Shown here: positions 50,741 to 62,634 of the stretch, piece by piece
Layout: each line of letters begins with the position of its first letter
Numbering within the stretch: position 1 is the first letter of the stretch
Source of the DNA: Felis catus
Taxonomy: Eukaryota
Length of the DNA: 64,000 nucleotides
NCBI RefSeq assembly: GCF_018350175.1
Contig: NC_058379.1
Location: forward strand, 38,378,001 to 38,442,000
Direction: 5' to 3'
Translations under genes and position numbers: made by a program
Notes under the pieces: generated by a model
Database searches by the model: none
What the model was told of the DNA's origin: nothing
The model's input: the letters and a program-made list of their open reading frames with translations, nothing else

Positions 50741-51414
50741 GAGAGTGATTCATGGCTTTTTCCTTCAAGACATGGAATTTCTGGGGCTTCCTTCAATACC
50801 TGTTGTTTGGAACTTCTTTAAAATTTCACGTAACCTTAGTCTTCTCAAACAGAGGCACTTAGTGGACTATGGAACCAAGTGTGATTTCAAAGTTTAGCTA
50901 ACGTTGGTAAGTCTAAAGACCCACATTTAAAAATCCTCAGTCAAAGCAAGTGTTTAAAGTTTTGACCCAGAAAACAGAGACATGATTGAGAAGGCAGACT
51001 TGTAGGAGTTTGGGAAATGTGGGGCAGCAAAATGAATTAGCTTTGAGCAATTGTGTTATTTTTGAAAAGTGTTCTGGCAGTCTGTTTATGGGACAGAAAA
51101 CACGTGGAGGCTGGGAGCTGGGAAGCAAGGAATCCAGATAAGATGGGGTATAGATTTTGGGAAAGTGCACAAGTATTCCAAAGTTCCCAGTTTAGTCTTC
51201 AGACGTATGAGTGTTTTTACGCTGTTTTAATTTTCAATACTTACCTCCTCGTGTTTCTCCTTCATTCTGTAGTCGCATGCTTTCTGAAAATGTCAGCCTG
51301 AGAGAAAGGGGGGGATGTTCGGCGTGATTCCCTGAAGACCAACCCCTGAGGGGGTGGGAATGGGAATTGAAAATTCAAGGGGAATGTTAAAGTAATGTGA
51401 ATTTAAACAACTAT

Positions 51415-51665
51415 GAAATGACTTCCACCTTTCAAGTTAAATATAATATTCCCTGTAAGCAAACGTGTTAGGAAACGGTCACTCTCATGTTCTTCTGATG
51501 CAAATATAAAATAATTAGCTTTCTAGAGGACAATTTTGTAATATTTATCAGAAAGACTTAAAACATGCAAAGCATCTGAGGCACTGGAATCCCCCGTAGG
51601 GCTGTATCCTAAGGAAATGATACTAGATATGCGTAAGGTATATGTAGAAAGATGTTTTTGCAAAG
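51415..51665 (+). mobile_element. Ancient L1 (L1ME-like) ORF2-end relic
   Basis: GGAAACGGTCACTCTCATG...TTTCTAGAGGACAATTTTG..TATCCTAAGGAAATGAT. Confidence 0.6.
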
Positions 51666-52965
51666 AATAAGGGCTTGAGAGGACGAACTTCATGGGGCTA
51701 ACAGTGCTTATATCTGTGTTGTGGAATTAATAGGATTTTCATATCTTCTTGAAAAATTTTGTTCTTTGTGGCCAGGGAAGAAATACAACTCAGGAAAAAA
51801 AAAAAAAAAAAACAGAGGGAAATTCAGAAAGAGTTTTTGTGCCTCTCAGGTAACATTTTCCTTCTGGTGACGACAGCCTTCTGTATCCGACTGCTGTGGG
51901 AGTAACCTCAACTGGGAATTTTCTGTCAAACAGGAAGTGAGGGGATTGCCATGGGAGGAGACGGTAAGGGAGCCAGAAATGGCAGCTGGGGCCTTTTGTT
52001 TGTTTTGGGGGGTTTTTTTGCCTCACTATACCCTTCGTACCTGTGCTCAAGACTGGTGGGGGATGACTCTAGAAAATAGAAGTCTGCAGGAACCGGAGCT
52101 AAGAGAGGTGAAAGCACACGTTACATTCACCCAAGGCCCGGGGCCCACTTTCCATTTGGCTTTCTGCTTGCTCTCCTACAGGCTTCTTCCGAGGTCTTTC
52201 GGCCCAGGGTACCAGGAGGGGTCCCACTTTCATGGCTGGGCTAACTCCCTTTCCAGTCGGGTGTTTTTCTTCGCTGCCATTTTCTTGGTTCTCTCTTGCT
52301 TCCGAGGAGTCATTAAGCTGCATGTGCAAACCATATTTCGGGGCCGTGCAGCTGCGGAGGCCCATGGATACTGAGCAGTGAACAAATCTCCACATTTTTC
52401 AAGCTCAGCTGTTTGAAACATGCTGAATGCAGAAATCATTGGTGAGTTACAATGTGTTAAATGAGTCTAATTAAATGCCTCTATATTATGACACAGTTCA
52501 TGATATTTCATTGCCAAAATTAAAGCTGGAGCACCTAGAGTGGTGAACGCTATATTCTTTACCCCGTTCTGTGGAACTGAGGAAGACTTGGCACAAAAGC
52601 CACATTGAAAGATAATTGCGTTACCGGAAGATGTTTATTATTCGGATTCTTTTAGCCTCTTGATAACCTTTAGCGAGTGATTTTTGTACAATGTTGCACA
52701 TTGTCTCCAGGCTTTTCGTCTACTGGACAGAAGAATGGGGAACAAATTACATCTAACAAAATTTCCAGCAGATGATAGTGTCTAGATAACTGGTCTGTTG
52801 TTGTTTTTCTAATTTGGGTGTTTTGCATAAAGCAGTTGTGAAAACAAGACACGAAATAAACTAAACTCTCATTGAGTTCCCCATCACGTTGGCAGCTTGG
52901 GTGAAGAGCTTCCTGGTCAGTCACTAAAGCACACTTTAACTTTCTCATTTAAATAAAAACTTCTG

Positions 52966-53185
52966 GGGGCGCCTGGGTGGCGCAGTCGGTTAAGCGTCCG
53001 ACTTCAGCCAGGTCACGATCTCGCGGTCCGTGAGTTCGAGCCCCGCGTCGGGCTCTGGGCTGATGGCTCGGAGCCTGGAGCCTGTTTCCGATTCTGTGTC
53101 TCCCACTCTCTCTGCCCCTCCCCCGTTCATGCTCTGTCTCTCTCTGTCCCAAAAATAAATAAAATGTTGAGAAAAAAAATATTTT
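52966..53185 (+). mobile_element. Young SINEC_Fc-type SINE
   Basis: TSD AAATAAAAACTTCTG (52951-52965 / 53186-53200). Confidence 0.97.
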
Positions 53186-53334
53186 AAATAAAAACTTCTG
53201 GAATTCCCTAAGATCTGTAAGTAGTATTTCCCTATTTTTGTACCTAGAAACCTATATTTGGTGCAATTTTCTTTCTCTTGTACATACCTCTGAGTTTGGC
53301 TCTATTCCCAATGTCGGTTGGAGGGTCAGTTCTT

Positions 53335-53560
53335 TTTTTTTTTTTAATGTTTATTTAATTTTGAGAGAGAGAGAGAGAGAGAGAGAGACACAGCAGGAGT
53401 TGGGGAGGGGTAGGGAGAGAGGGAGACACATAATCTGAGGCAGGTTCCAGGCTCTGAGCCGTCAGCACAAAGCCTGAAACGAGTCTCGAACTCACAAACC
53501 ACGAGATCGTGACCTGAGCTGAAGTCAGATGCTTAACCGACTGAGCCGTCCAGGCGTCCC
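53335..53560 (-). mobile_element. CAN-SINE
   Basis: TSD TGGAGGRTCAGTTCTT (53319-53334 / 53561-53576). Confidence 0.95.
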
Positions 53561-53624
53561 TGGAGGATCAGTTCTTAATAATTTCCATAAATGGTTGAAA
53601 TTTTCAAGTTATTCTTTTTAAAAA

Positions 53625-53820
53625 TATTAAAAAAATTTTTTTAATATTTACTTTTTTTTGAAGGAGAGAGATACAGAGTGTGAGCAAAGAGGGGCAGAGA
53701 GAGAGAGAGAGAGAGAATCCAAAGCATGCCCAGGCTCCAGGCTGTCAGCATGGAGCCCGATGCAAGATTCGAACTCACAAACTGCGAGATCATGACCAGA
53801 GCTGAAGTTGGACACTTAAT
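53625..53820 (-). mobile_element. CAN-SINE, 5' head missing
   Basis: Antisense tail and body end at GGACACTTAAT. Confidence 0.9.
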
Positions 53821-54414
53821 ACATTCTATTAAAACAAAAATCATGAGTCTGATTTGGCACAGTCTCTAGTCCAGTAAATTATTTAGATCGTCGGTAGTCA
53901 TTCCGCTTGAGTTAGGACCATAGGTTCCAGCCATGGGAGATGATGAATGTTCTGGATTCCAGTCCTGCTGCTGCCTCTGTCACTCGGAGCTCATCTTTTT
54001 GTCTTTGTGTCCTCAAGGAGAAAGTATGGCTCATAAAGCCCAACTTGTCATCGAGGGTATAGAAAGAATAAACATAATTATTGTAAAATGCTTTATAAAT
54101 AAAGGGTGATGTTGCTTGCGGTATCCTGAACGGGCTACTCCAGTTTAATTCCAGATTGGAAGCCAAAAGTTTTGCCTCAGCCGATTGAGCCGGCCCCAGA
54201 CCTCACTTAAGGCAGATTAACTCACTTAACTCAGATTTCCCTGGGACACTTTTAAGGTATACAGATGCCCGGGTCTCAGACTGAATCAGGGTATCTGGGG
54301 GAGATTCATGCATCTCTATGTGTGATTCCTTATTTCCTTTCAAGAGGACTGAAGGGTCATCGCCTAATCACCGTCTACCTGGAAGGATGTTAACGTTTTA
54401 CATGTAGTCTTGCA

Positions 54415-54540
54415 TTTAGTCTTTAGAACACTGTTACTCTTATCTGACAGATAAGAACGAAAGATTTAGGATTCAGATGCTTCCAATTTGCCAAGGTCAC
54501 AGTTTCCAAGCACACGGCCGAAGTGTAGCCCAGCCCTGGG
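54415..54540 (-). mobile_element. MIR relic
   Basis: TGACAGATAAGAACGAAAG..TTGCCAAGGTCACAG. Confidence 0.55.
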
Positions 54541-55532
54541 TGGCCCCAATCTCCTGATCTCTTCCTCTGCCATTTTGCCTCCGTAAGCGAGAGTGGACAA
54601 GGCAGAGGGAAAAACTCTGGCAAAGGAGTGGAAACATGCTGCAGTGTCTTCCTACCAGCACCAACTCCATCTGTTTTCGCCAGGGTTGCAAGCTCCCGTG
54701 GACTGACTGGTAGAGAGCTTTCCAGGGAAGGCAACCCCTTGCCTGACTGTCGATGAGTCAGTTCCCCACCATTGCTTATCTTTGTTACCTTCTGCAGCCC
54801 TGTGTAGAAAAACTAAAGGTTCAGAACAGATGCCGTTTGAACATGAGGTTCTGTTTAAGCAAGATATTTCCCTGCGTGGCCAGTAGTAACAATGACTTGC
54901 AGATCTGGTTTCAAAAGATTCTGCTAAAATGAAAATCCCATAGAACAGCTGGAATCCTAAGTCTCTGTCCATAAACATAGTAAATATTTGTAACAAAGAC
55001 CTTGTTCTCTTGCTCGCATTTGTGCTATGACTGCCCTTGAGGCAACGAAGGATTGTTTTTTCCAAAGGCATTTATTTGGCTTTTTTATTTGAAAAAGACA
55101 TGTCTATGGTTTTTGGTTTAGTCACAAGTCTTCCCAAAGACAGGAAGACCACTGTCAGCAGGGGCTCAGCATTTATGGAGCCCCTTACCTTCAACACTCA
55201 GAAGGTAAGAGTGAAAGATAAATCTTTGCTAATAAGGAAAAGAAGGAACACTGAGGAGAGAAACCTCAACTGGAGGGAAATGCCACACAACGGAAAGGCA
55301 TGAGCTTTGTAACTAGAAAAATCTGCGTTCAAATCCTGACTTTGCCTTATGTAAACATTTATTTATTAAATGAGTTCTAATCCTGTACAGGATACTGAGT
55401 TAGGCATTAGGCCTACAGAGATAAGTAAGGAATAGTTCCCGGGAGCACACAGTCTAGAATATGTACCAAATTTTTAATGTTTAAATTAATGATGGCTAAA
55501 CACTATGACAATGCCCTTCATGGGGTACTAAA

Positions 55533-55745
55533 GAGGCACAGAGGGGGCTCAGTTGGTTAAGGGTGTGACTTCTCAGGTCATGGTCTCAAGGTTCATGAGT
55601 TCGAGCCCTGCATTGGGCTCTTGTGCTGACAGCTCGGAGCCTGGAGCCTGCTTCGGATTCTGTGTCTCCCTCTCTCTGCCCCCCCCCCCACTTGTGCTGT
55701 CTCTCTCTCTCAAAAATAAATGAACACCTAAAAACATTTTTTTGA
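55533..55745 (+). mobile_element. CAN-SINE with a degenerate head
   Basis: GGCTCAGTTGGTTAAG...GAGTTCGAGCCC...GAGCCTGGAGCCTGCTTCGGATTCTG. Confidence 0.92.
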
Positions 55746-55789
55746 AAAGGGGCGTCTAACGTCAGAGAAAGGGGGCCACCCGGGAAGCC

Positions 55790-55955
55790 TTGCTGACTGG
55801 TGACTTTGGGTGAGTTACCTACTCTCTGTAAGCATCGGTTTTCTCAAGCTGATGGATTGATCAAGCATCTCAAGCTGATGCCTTGCTGGATTGTTGTGAG
55901 AATTGAAGAAGCCAAACGTGATCTACCAAGGTACCAGGCACTTCGTAGAATTTCT
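55790..55955 (+). mobile_element. MIR relic
   Basis: TGACTTTGGGTGAGTTACCTACTCTCTG..GGATTGTTGTGAGAATTGAA. Confidence 0.65.
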
Positions 55956-56649
55956 ATGAGTCGTTAGATGTTAATAGTATGATTGCAATGACAAAGATGA
56001 TACTGACATGAAGGACAAATGGGTCAAAGAACAGTGGTTGGAAGACCCGACTGCTTTGCCACTCAAAGTTAGGCCACGTGTGCGTGTCTCTCCTCTGTGC
56101 TCTGAAAGTGCTGCCCAGTAAGTATTGCTTAATTCCGTGAAATTGTGAGCTTCCTGAGGACAGGCGCAACTCTGTCTTATGAACCACTGTGTGTCCAGGA
56201 TTTAGCCTTGATCCCAGCACGTGCTAATATCTCCAACACGTTCATGGAGGAAAGAACATGGAAGGCAAAGAAAAGATGGAAAGTGAAACAGATGAAAGGA
56301 AGAAGGCAGAATTCAGGCAAAATCCTTCCTCAAGGACGCTACATGCTGTTGGCCCCTCACCTCTATTTCGTGTTTCACAGCAACACCTTTTGTGACTAAC
56401 TCATCGTTCCAAGTCATTCTCTAACGCGGCAGCACGCACAATCTCAATCCTGATTTCCTTTTTCCTTTTCCCTCCTCCCTAGAGGGTCAAAATTGTAGCC
56501 ATGCCACTTACTGAGCTGTGTGCCCTTACTTAACCTTTTAATGTCTTTGAGTCAAGTGAGGATAAATACAGTGAAACATGGCAGATTGAAATATGCATTA
56601 AGTCCACTTCTTCCTAACATTCTATTATAATTACAGTGACCATTTTTTA

Positions 56650-57800
56650 AATGGAAGAGGTGATAAACCTAAAAAAAAAAAAGGTGACAGCAGAGAATAG
56701 TGACTGAGAGTTTTTGAAAGTTGGAAAGCTCGTGGAAGAAAGATAATTGACTGAAAACTTGGCCTGAATAGGGGAAATCAATAATGAGCAAGCTGACTCA
56801 TTACACTGACTTGCAGAAATGCTCAGAAATTGTAGGTACCGGGAACCTCTGAAGACAAAGGTGTAGGTAAGGCTTAAAAGGAGGGAGAGACAGATAGGCA
56901 GAGAGACAAAAAGAGACAGAGACAGAGACAAATGTCCAGATTTCCTCCTTGGTCTGCCCAGCCAGGCGACTGCCCCTTCCATGTCCTTGACTGAAGTATG
57001 AATGCTTCCCCTCTGAAGAGCTTGGACCGGAGGTGTTCTGGAATTGGAATACGAGGCAGAACCAAGTGTGGGGACAGAGCACCATGCCAGAACCTGGAAA
57101 AATAAGTGAAAGTCTACACATTGGGCTGTGACATTCCCCTAAGCCTTCCCCTCCCCTTCTGCTACCAGAGTCCTGGTGGCCAGGCCTATGCCACAAGGAA
57201 GAAGGCAGGACTCCACTCGGGGAGACTCAGCCAATGGAAAACACCTACGCACACTGATAGAGGAGTTCTCTAACAAAATGGCACGGCCTCGACAGCAAAT
57301 TCTCCTGGTTGACAACTCCCGTTCACACAAAACTGCTTCCAACCAGCATTTCAGTGCTTCACTTTTACGTAAATACAGGCATCCCCAAGTCTAGACATTC
57401 GAGGGCGTCTGCTAATGTGAAGGAGAAAAACAAAAACAACCAAACGGGGGGGGGGGGGGGGGGGGGGGGAACTTAGAAGAAACAGATAGAATGTAGCAAT
57501 CAAAAGAACAATTCAATGAAATCATTAATATGACCAGAGGGAGGCAGAGAGAGCTAAACTTACCATGTCATTCAGAGTGAAAAAAAAAAAAAAAGAATAT
57601 ATATAAATAAAACTGAAAAGTCAGTAAACTGTAATATAAGGAAAATATTTAGCAAGGTGGAGAAAAATGCCAGAAGAAACAGCTAACATGCTTGAAAAGG
57701 ATTGTTTCACTTGAACAGAAGTCGCCGAAAAGAAGGAGCAAGTCCTTATATTTATGAATAGAATAAATATTAAATACGTAATGCACAAAGTCCCTAGCAA
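56650..57800 (+). mobile_element. Second HAL1-like 5' region
   Basis: Collinear similarity to 35950-36800 (TTTTTGAAAGTTGGAAAG vs TTTTTGGAAACTGAAAAG; GCTCAGAAATTGTAGGTAC vs GCTCAGGAATTGGTGGCAC). Confidence 0.55.
57446..57469. repeat. G24 homopolymer
   Basis: Read directly. Confidence 0.9.
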
Positions 57801-57839
57801 TTGCACCACAGACAATAGGAACTCGAAAAGCGGTTTTTA

Positions 57840-59044
57840 CAACAAAAATCCATTTAAAAACGGGCAGAGGACCTGAATAGACATTTCTCCGAAGACGACA
57901 CACAGACACATGAAAAGATGTTCACCGTACGTCACTGGTGATCAGGAAAATGTGAATCGAAACCACACCCGATACCAGTCAGAATGGCTAAAATCAGAAG
58001 GACAAGAGATAGCATGTGTTGGCGAAGATGCGGAGGGAAAGGGACCCTCATGCACTGTTGGTGGGAATGCAACCTGGCACAGCCACTGTGGGAGATGGTA
58101 TGGATGTTCCTCAAAACATTGAAAATACAAATACCATAGGCTCCAGTAATCCCATCAGTGGGTATTTGCCTGAAGAAAATAAAAACACTAATTCAACAAG
58201 ACTTATTGCAGCGTTATTTACAACAGCTAAGATATGGCAGCAGCCCAAGTATCTCACAACAGATGAATGGTAAAGAAGATATGGTATTTTATAGTTATAT
58301 ACTTCCATTATTTATACACATATATTACATATATACTCCATTATGTATATAAAGGAACATTACTGAGCCACAAAAAAATGAAATCTTGCCATTTGTGACA
58401 ACGTGGATGGACCTAGAGGGTACTATGCTAAATAAAATAAGTCAGAGAAAGACAAATACCATATGATCTCACTTACATGTGGACTCTACAAAGCAAACCA
58501 AACAGGGGGGCCCGGGTGGCTCAGTCGGTTAAGCGGCCGATTTCGGCTCAGGTCATGATCTTGTGGCCCGTGAGTTCGAGCCCCGCGTCGGGCTCTGTGC
58601 TGACAGCTCAGAGCCTGGATCCTATTTCAGATTCTGTGTCTCCCTCTCTCTCTGACCCTCCCCTGTTCATGCTCTGTCTCTCCCTGTCTCAAAAATAAAT
58701 TTAAAAAAAAAGTTAAAAAAAAAAAACAAAGCAAACCAAACAAATAAACAAACAAAAAGCAGAATCAGACCTATAAATGCAGAGAACAAACCCATGGTTG
58801 CCAGAGGGGAAGAGGATGGGCGGATGGGCAAAATGGGTGAAGGGGAGTGGGAGGCACAGGCTCCAGTTATGGAGTGAATAAGTCATGGGAATAAAAGGCA
58901 CAGCGTAGGGAACACAGTCGGTTGTACTGTGATAGCACTGTGTGGTGACAGATGGCAGCTACACTCGTGGGGAACACAGCATAATATATTCAGTGGAGGT
59001 TGAATCACTATGTTGCACACCTGATACTAATGTAATATGTGTCA
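57840..59044 (+). mobile_element. L1 3' end (carnivore L1), split by a SINE, running into an assembly gap
   Basis: ORF2-end (GGACCTGAATAGACATTTCTCC...CACTGTTGGTGGGAATGCAA) and 3' UTR similar to 1480-2257. Confidence 0.92.
58505..58725 (+). mobile_element. Felid SINE inside the L1
   Basis: Perfect 17-bp TSD ACAAAGCAAACCAAACA (58488-58504 / 58726-58742). Confidence 0.96.
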
Positions 59045-59473
59045 NNNNNNNNNNNNNNNNNNNNNNNNNNNNNNNNNNNNNNNNNNNNNNNNNNNNNNNN
59101 NNNNNNNNNNNNNNNNNNNNNNNNNNNNNNNNNNNNNNNNNNNNNNNNNNNNNNNNNNNNNNNNNNNNNNNNNNNNNNNNNNNNNNNNNNNNNNNNNNNN
59201 NNNNNNNNNNNNNNNNNNNNNNAATAGGGGAAACAAATGGTTCTGGCTGTTGTTGATGTTCTTCCTCGCAGCGGCCCCAACCATTCCGCGTGAGCCTGGC
59301 CCACAGAAACAAACCCCAGGCTGAAGTCCATGTTGATGGTGCCAACAGCCTGTCCACATCCCCTCTGGAAGTACTTGGAGGGACTGGGAGGGAAGGGAGG
59401 CAGACATCTGGTTGAAAAAAGAAGCATCATCATTTATAGATTTCCTCTCTGCTTCTTAAACTATTACAGTATG

Positions 59474-59682
59474 GGGGCGCCTGGCTGGCTCATTGGGTTG
59501 GGCGTCCGGCTTCGGCTCAAGTCAGATCTCATGGTTCACGGGTTTGAGCCCCGTGTCAGGCTCTGTGCTGACAGCTTGGAGCCCGGAGCCTGCTTCGGAT
59601 TCTGTGTCTCCCTCTCTTTCTGCCCCTTCCGCACTCATGCACTGTCTCTCTGTCTCTCAAAAATAGACAAACGTTTAGAAAA
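59474..59682 (+). mobile_element. CAN-SINE
   Basis: Head, body and short tail; TSD core ATTACAGT on both sides. Confidence 0.94.
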
Positions 59683-60299
59683 ATTACAGTGTAACTAAAT
59701 ATATATTTATAGTATAAAGCAAAGAATAAACATATCCCCTGCTATCTGATGCCCAGTGAGTTTAGCAGCTCTACAGATGGGGGGCACTGGCAGGGAAAAG
59801 GGGCCCATTTTGGAGTGTTTCTTGCTTCCTTCAGCCCAGAGGCCATTGTGGTAGCCGTCAGGTATCGGAAACCAATACGATAAGGGAGTCGTAGCCAACT
59901 GGATGGAGATTCTTACATTATCTTTTTCTTTCCTGAAGATACAAGAGCCGCAGGTTGAAATCTGGGAAGAACGAGGTTGTCTCCATCATTTATAACTCTT
60001 CTCTGAGAAGGTGACCAGAGATTGGGACCCTCCTTGTCATTCTCCATCCCCGATAAGCTAAAAAAAAAATATTCATTTCAGTGTTACTGCTCCCATCGCT
60101 ATTATTCTGTCCGCAGGTGAAATCTGTTCTGTAGTCCATAATGCCCATACAGGCCTAGAGTTTTCTCTGGAAAGGAAACAACTTCTACCAGCACAAAACA
60201 AGAAAACGTATGTCTGGTAAAATGGACCACAAGGGAGTACAGAGCCTTCTCAAGCCAATGCATCCAAGCAAGGCACCCCCTTCGTTGTGTCTCTTGTTA

Positions 60300-60640
60300 T
60301 CTTAAGGCGTGCTCTCCCCCGGACCGGGAGAGCGTGGCCCTCGAGAGTCACTATGACGATGATGAGCGAGTACGAGAGCGGTAGCCTCAGGTCACGGGCC
60401 TCCGCTGTCGTCCTAGCTCCGCCCTCAGAACTGTGCATCATTGCAGAAGTCGGTGTCTCTGGGCTTTGCCCTCTTCCTCAGGGAAGCATGTGTGGACGCC
60501 GTCCGAGTTTCCTTACACCCGGACTCCTGGTCCCTTGCTTTTCTCTCTCTTTCCAGAACTACAGTATCAAGGAGAGGCTGAGAAGACCGGGGCTGGGCCA
60601 GTCATGGCGGGGGCTGCCCCCGTTCCAGCTTGTCGTGTAA
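60300..60640. promoter_or_regulatory. Small CpG-dense patch (orphan CpG-island-like)
   Basis: About 22 CpGs in 340 bp by hand count, outside any young SINE. Confidence 0.4.
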
Positions 60641-61089
60641 CCTGAGCCAGCTCTGGGGCTCTCTGAGCCTTAATTTTCTGTATTTAAATGGACAAAATGT
60701 CAGCGCCTTTCCCACGTTGTGCCTGGGACGACTGGAGGCAGTAAGGGAGGTCCTGTGTTGGCTACACCGCCTGGCACAGAGGAAGAGAGGATGGTGAAGC
60801 TTCCCCAGATGAGAAGCCTTGCAAACCAGCCACTAAGAGTGTGCTGAATCCTCTGAGGAGCTGGGGAGGGGGGGGTGAGGATGAGCATCCTAGGGGACAA
60901 TGCTCATCCTTGGAAAGACGGGATTAAAGTGGTGATAGAAACAGTGATGACAGAAAGTTCCACAAAGGCAAAACAGAATTTTTTTAAAACATGGTGACCT
61001 GTTCTATAGAACCCGGAGGAGGCAAGATGAATTTTTCACAACTCTAAATATGTAGCTCTGTCCCCGGAGCTGCCGTCAAGGGCTCTCTC

Positions 61090-61221
61090 TGCACACCCAC
61101 ACTCACACACTCATACATACTCTCTCTCATACACACATACGTGCTCACAGACTATCTTGCACACACACATACACTTGCTTGCTAGTACTCTTTCTGTGTG
61201 TATATGTGTCTCTCTCTTACA

Positions 61222-61253
<32 letters not shown>

Positions 61254-61275
61254 TGCACACACGCACACACACACA
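61090..61275. repeat. Degenerate (CA)n microsatellite complex
   Basis: Read directly; purest part about 61219-61274. Confidence 0.9.
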
Positions 61276-61645
61276 GTTGGTGCTCTGTCCAAGCTGGCCG
61301 CATTCAGTTGCTGGCTCTGGCAAGGTTACAGTCATTGCTCATTATTCATAAAGTGTCATCAATGTCGACGTTGCCTTACAATGGGTGACGCTCTAGTGAA
61401 AAAACAACAATAGCAACATAAAAAAGACTACATTCTTGCCCCTAGGAGCATACAGTTCGAAACCTGCCCCCACGAAAGGTTAGGACTGAAGACCCCTGCC
61501 AGCTTCTAGAAATGTACTGTGTAGAAACAACAAACATGTACCAGGGAAGCACGATTACACTACAGGTTCTCCAGGAGGTTTTTGAGATTTTGTGAGTACA
61601 GGCTTACGTTGTGTAAAGCTACTGATATCTCAGCTAAAAAACTCT

Positions 61646-61880
61646 GGGGCACCTGGGTGGCTCAGTTGGTTAAGTGTCAGACTCTTGATTTTGGCTCAGG
61701 TCATGATCTCGTGGTTCATGAGGTCGAGCCCCGTGTCTGGCTCTGCACTGACAGTGTGGAGCCTGCCTGGGATTCTCTCTCTCTCTCTCTCTCTCTGCCC
61801 CTCCGCCTCTCATGTGCATGCGCTCTCTCTCTCGCTCTCTCTCTTTCTCTTAAAATAAATAAACTTTTACAAAAAAAGAA
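61646..61880 (+). mobile_element. CAN-SINE
   Basis: GGGGCACCTGGGTGGCTCAG head, (CT)n and tail. Confidence 0.95.
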
Positions 61881-62634
61881 ACTAAAAGAAACTTAGAGAA
61901 AATAAGTGTTTTCCAGGGCTTAATGCACCCTGGAATCTTGGAATTTTTGTCCAATCCCAGAATTCGTGGCATCTGACACCCAGGTGTCTTTCTCCTTTAA
62001 GAGTTGGAAGTGAATAAGGACAGAGCACCTAACATGAACCAGGTACACACACTCACGCTACACTGTCTCCTCTATGATGCATAAGATCTCCACGAGCTAG
62101 TGAGGCCTTCTTTCTCCCAGCCATAGGCAGATTAGTTACTATGCCCAAGATCCAAGTTGCAAGTTGCAGTTTGAACGAGGTCCTCCCGATTCTGAGGTCT
62201 TGCCAGGTCTCCATGCTACTTCCTCATCACTGGACTAGGAATATAACAACATTTCAAACACTCATCCTCTCCTTATTCTTCCAGTTCAGCTACTTGCTCA
62301 TGCAAATCCAATAGGAAGAGTAGGTGGAGGTACGACAGTTGAGGAGGGGAAGACTTTGAATACAGCAGAGGTATCCTCTTATCAGCATCGCTCACAGACT
62401 TGCAGACAGGCTAGGGAGGCAGGCAGGCATCCCAGGCCACCCTGGACTGGCTTGTTCAGCCACAAATGCACAGCATGGATGAAGTGATGATTTCAGGGGC
62501 AGTGTCTGGGGAGCAGGGGAGAGAGACAACTAGCCTGAGTCTCTACAATATTATTTAGTGGAGTATACAGCAGATAATACAAAAAATATGCTTATTGACT
62601 GACTAATGGACTAACCCTAACCTATTCCCTACAG

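Noticed and set aside
51937-52374. 145-aa ORF with a hydrophobic stretch
   Set aside because: Non-ATG start, crosses a likely splice acceptor, and no recognisable family.
4364-53152. Recurring ORFs like GQRETEHERGRGRERGRHRIGNRLQA... and MAQSVKRLTSAQVMIS...
   Set aside because: Translations of SINE copies, not a gene family.
62611-62622. CTAACCCTAACC telomere-like repeat
   Set aside because: Only two units; not an interstitial telomeric array.
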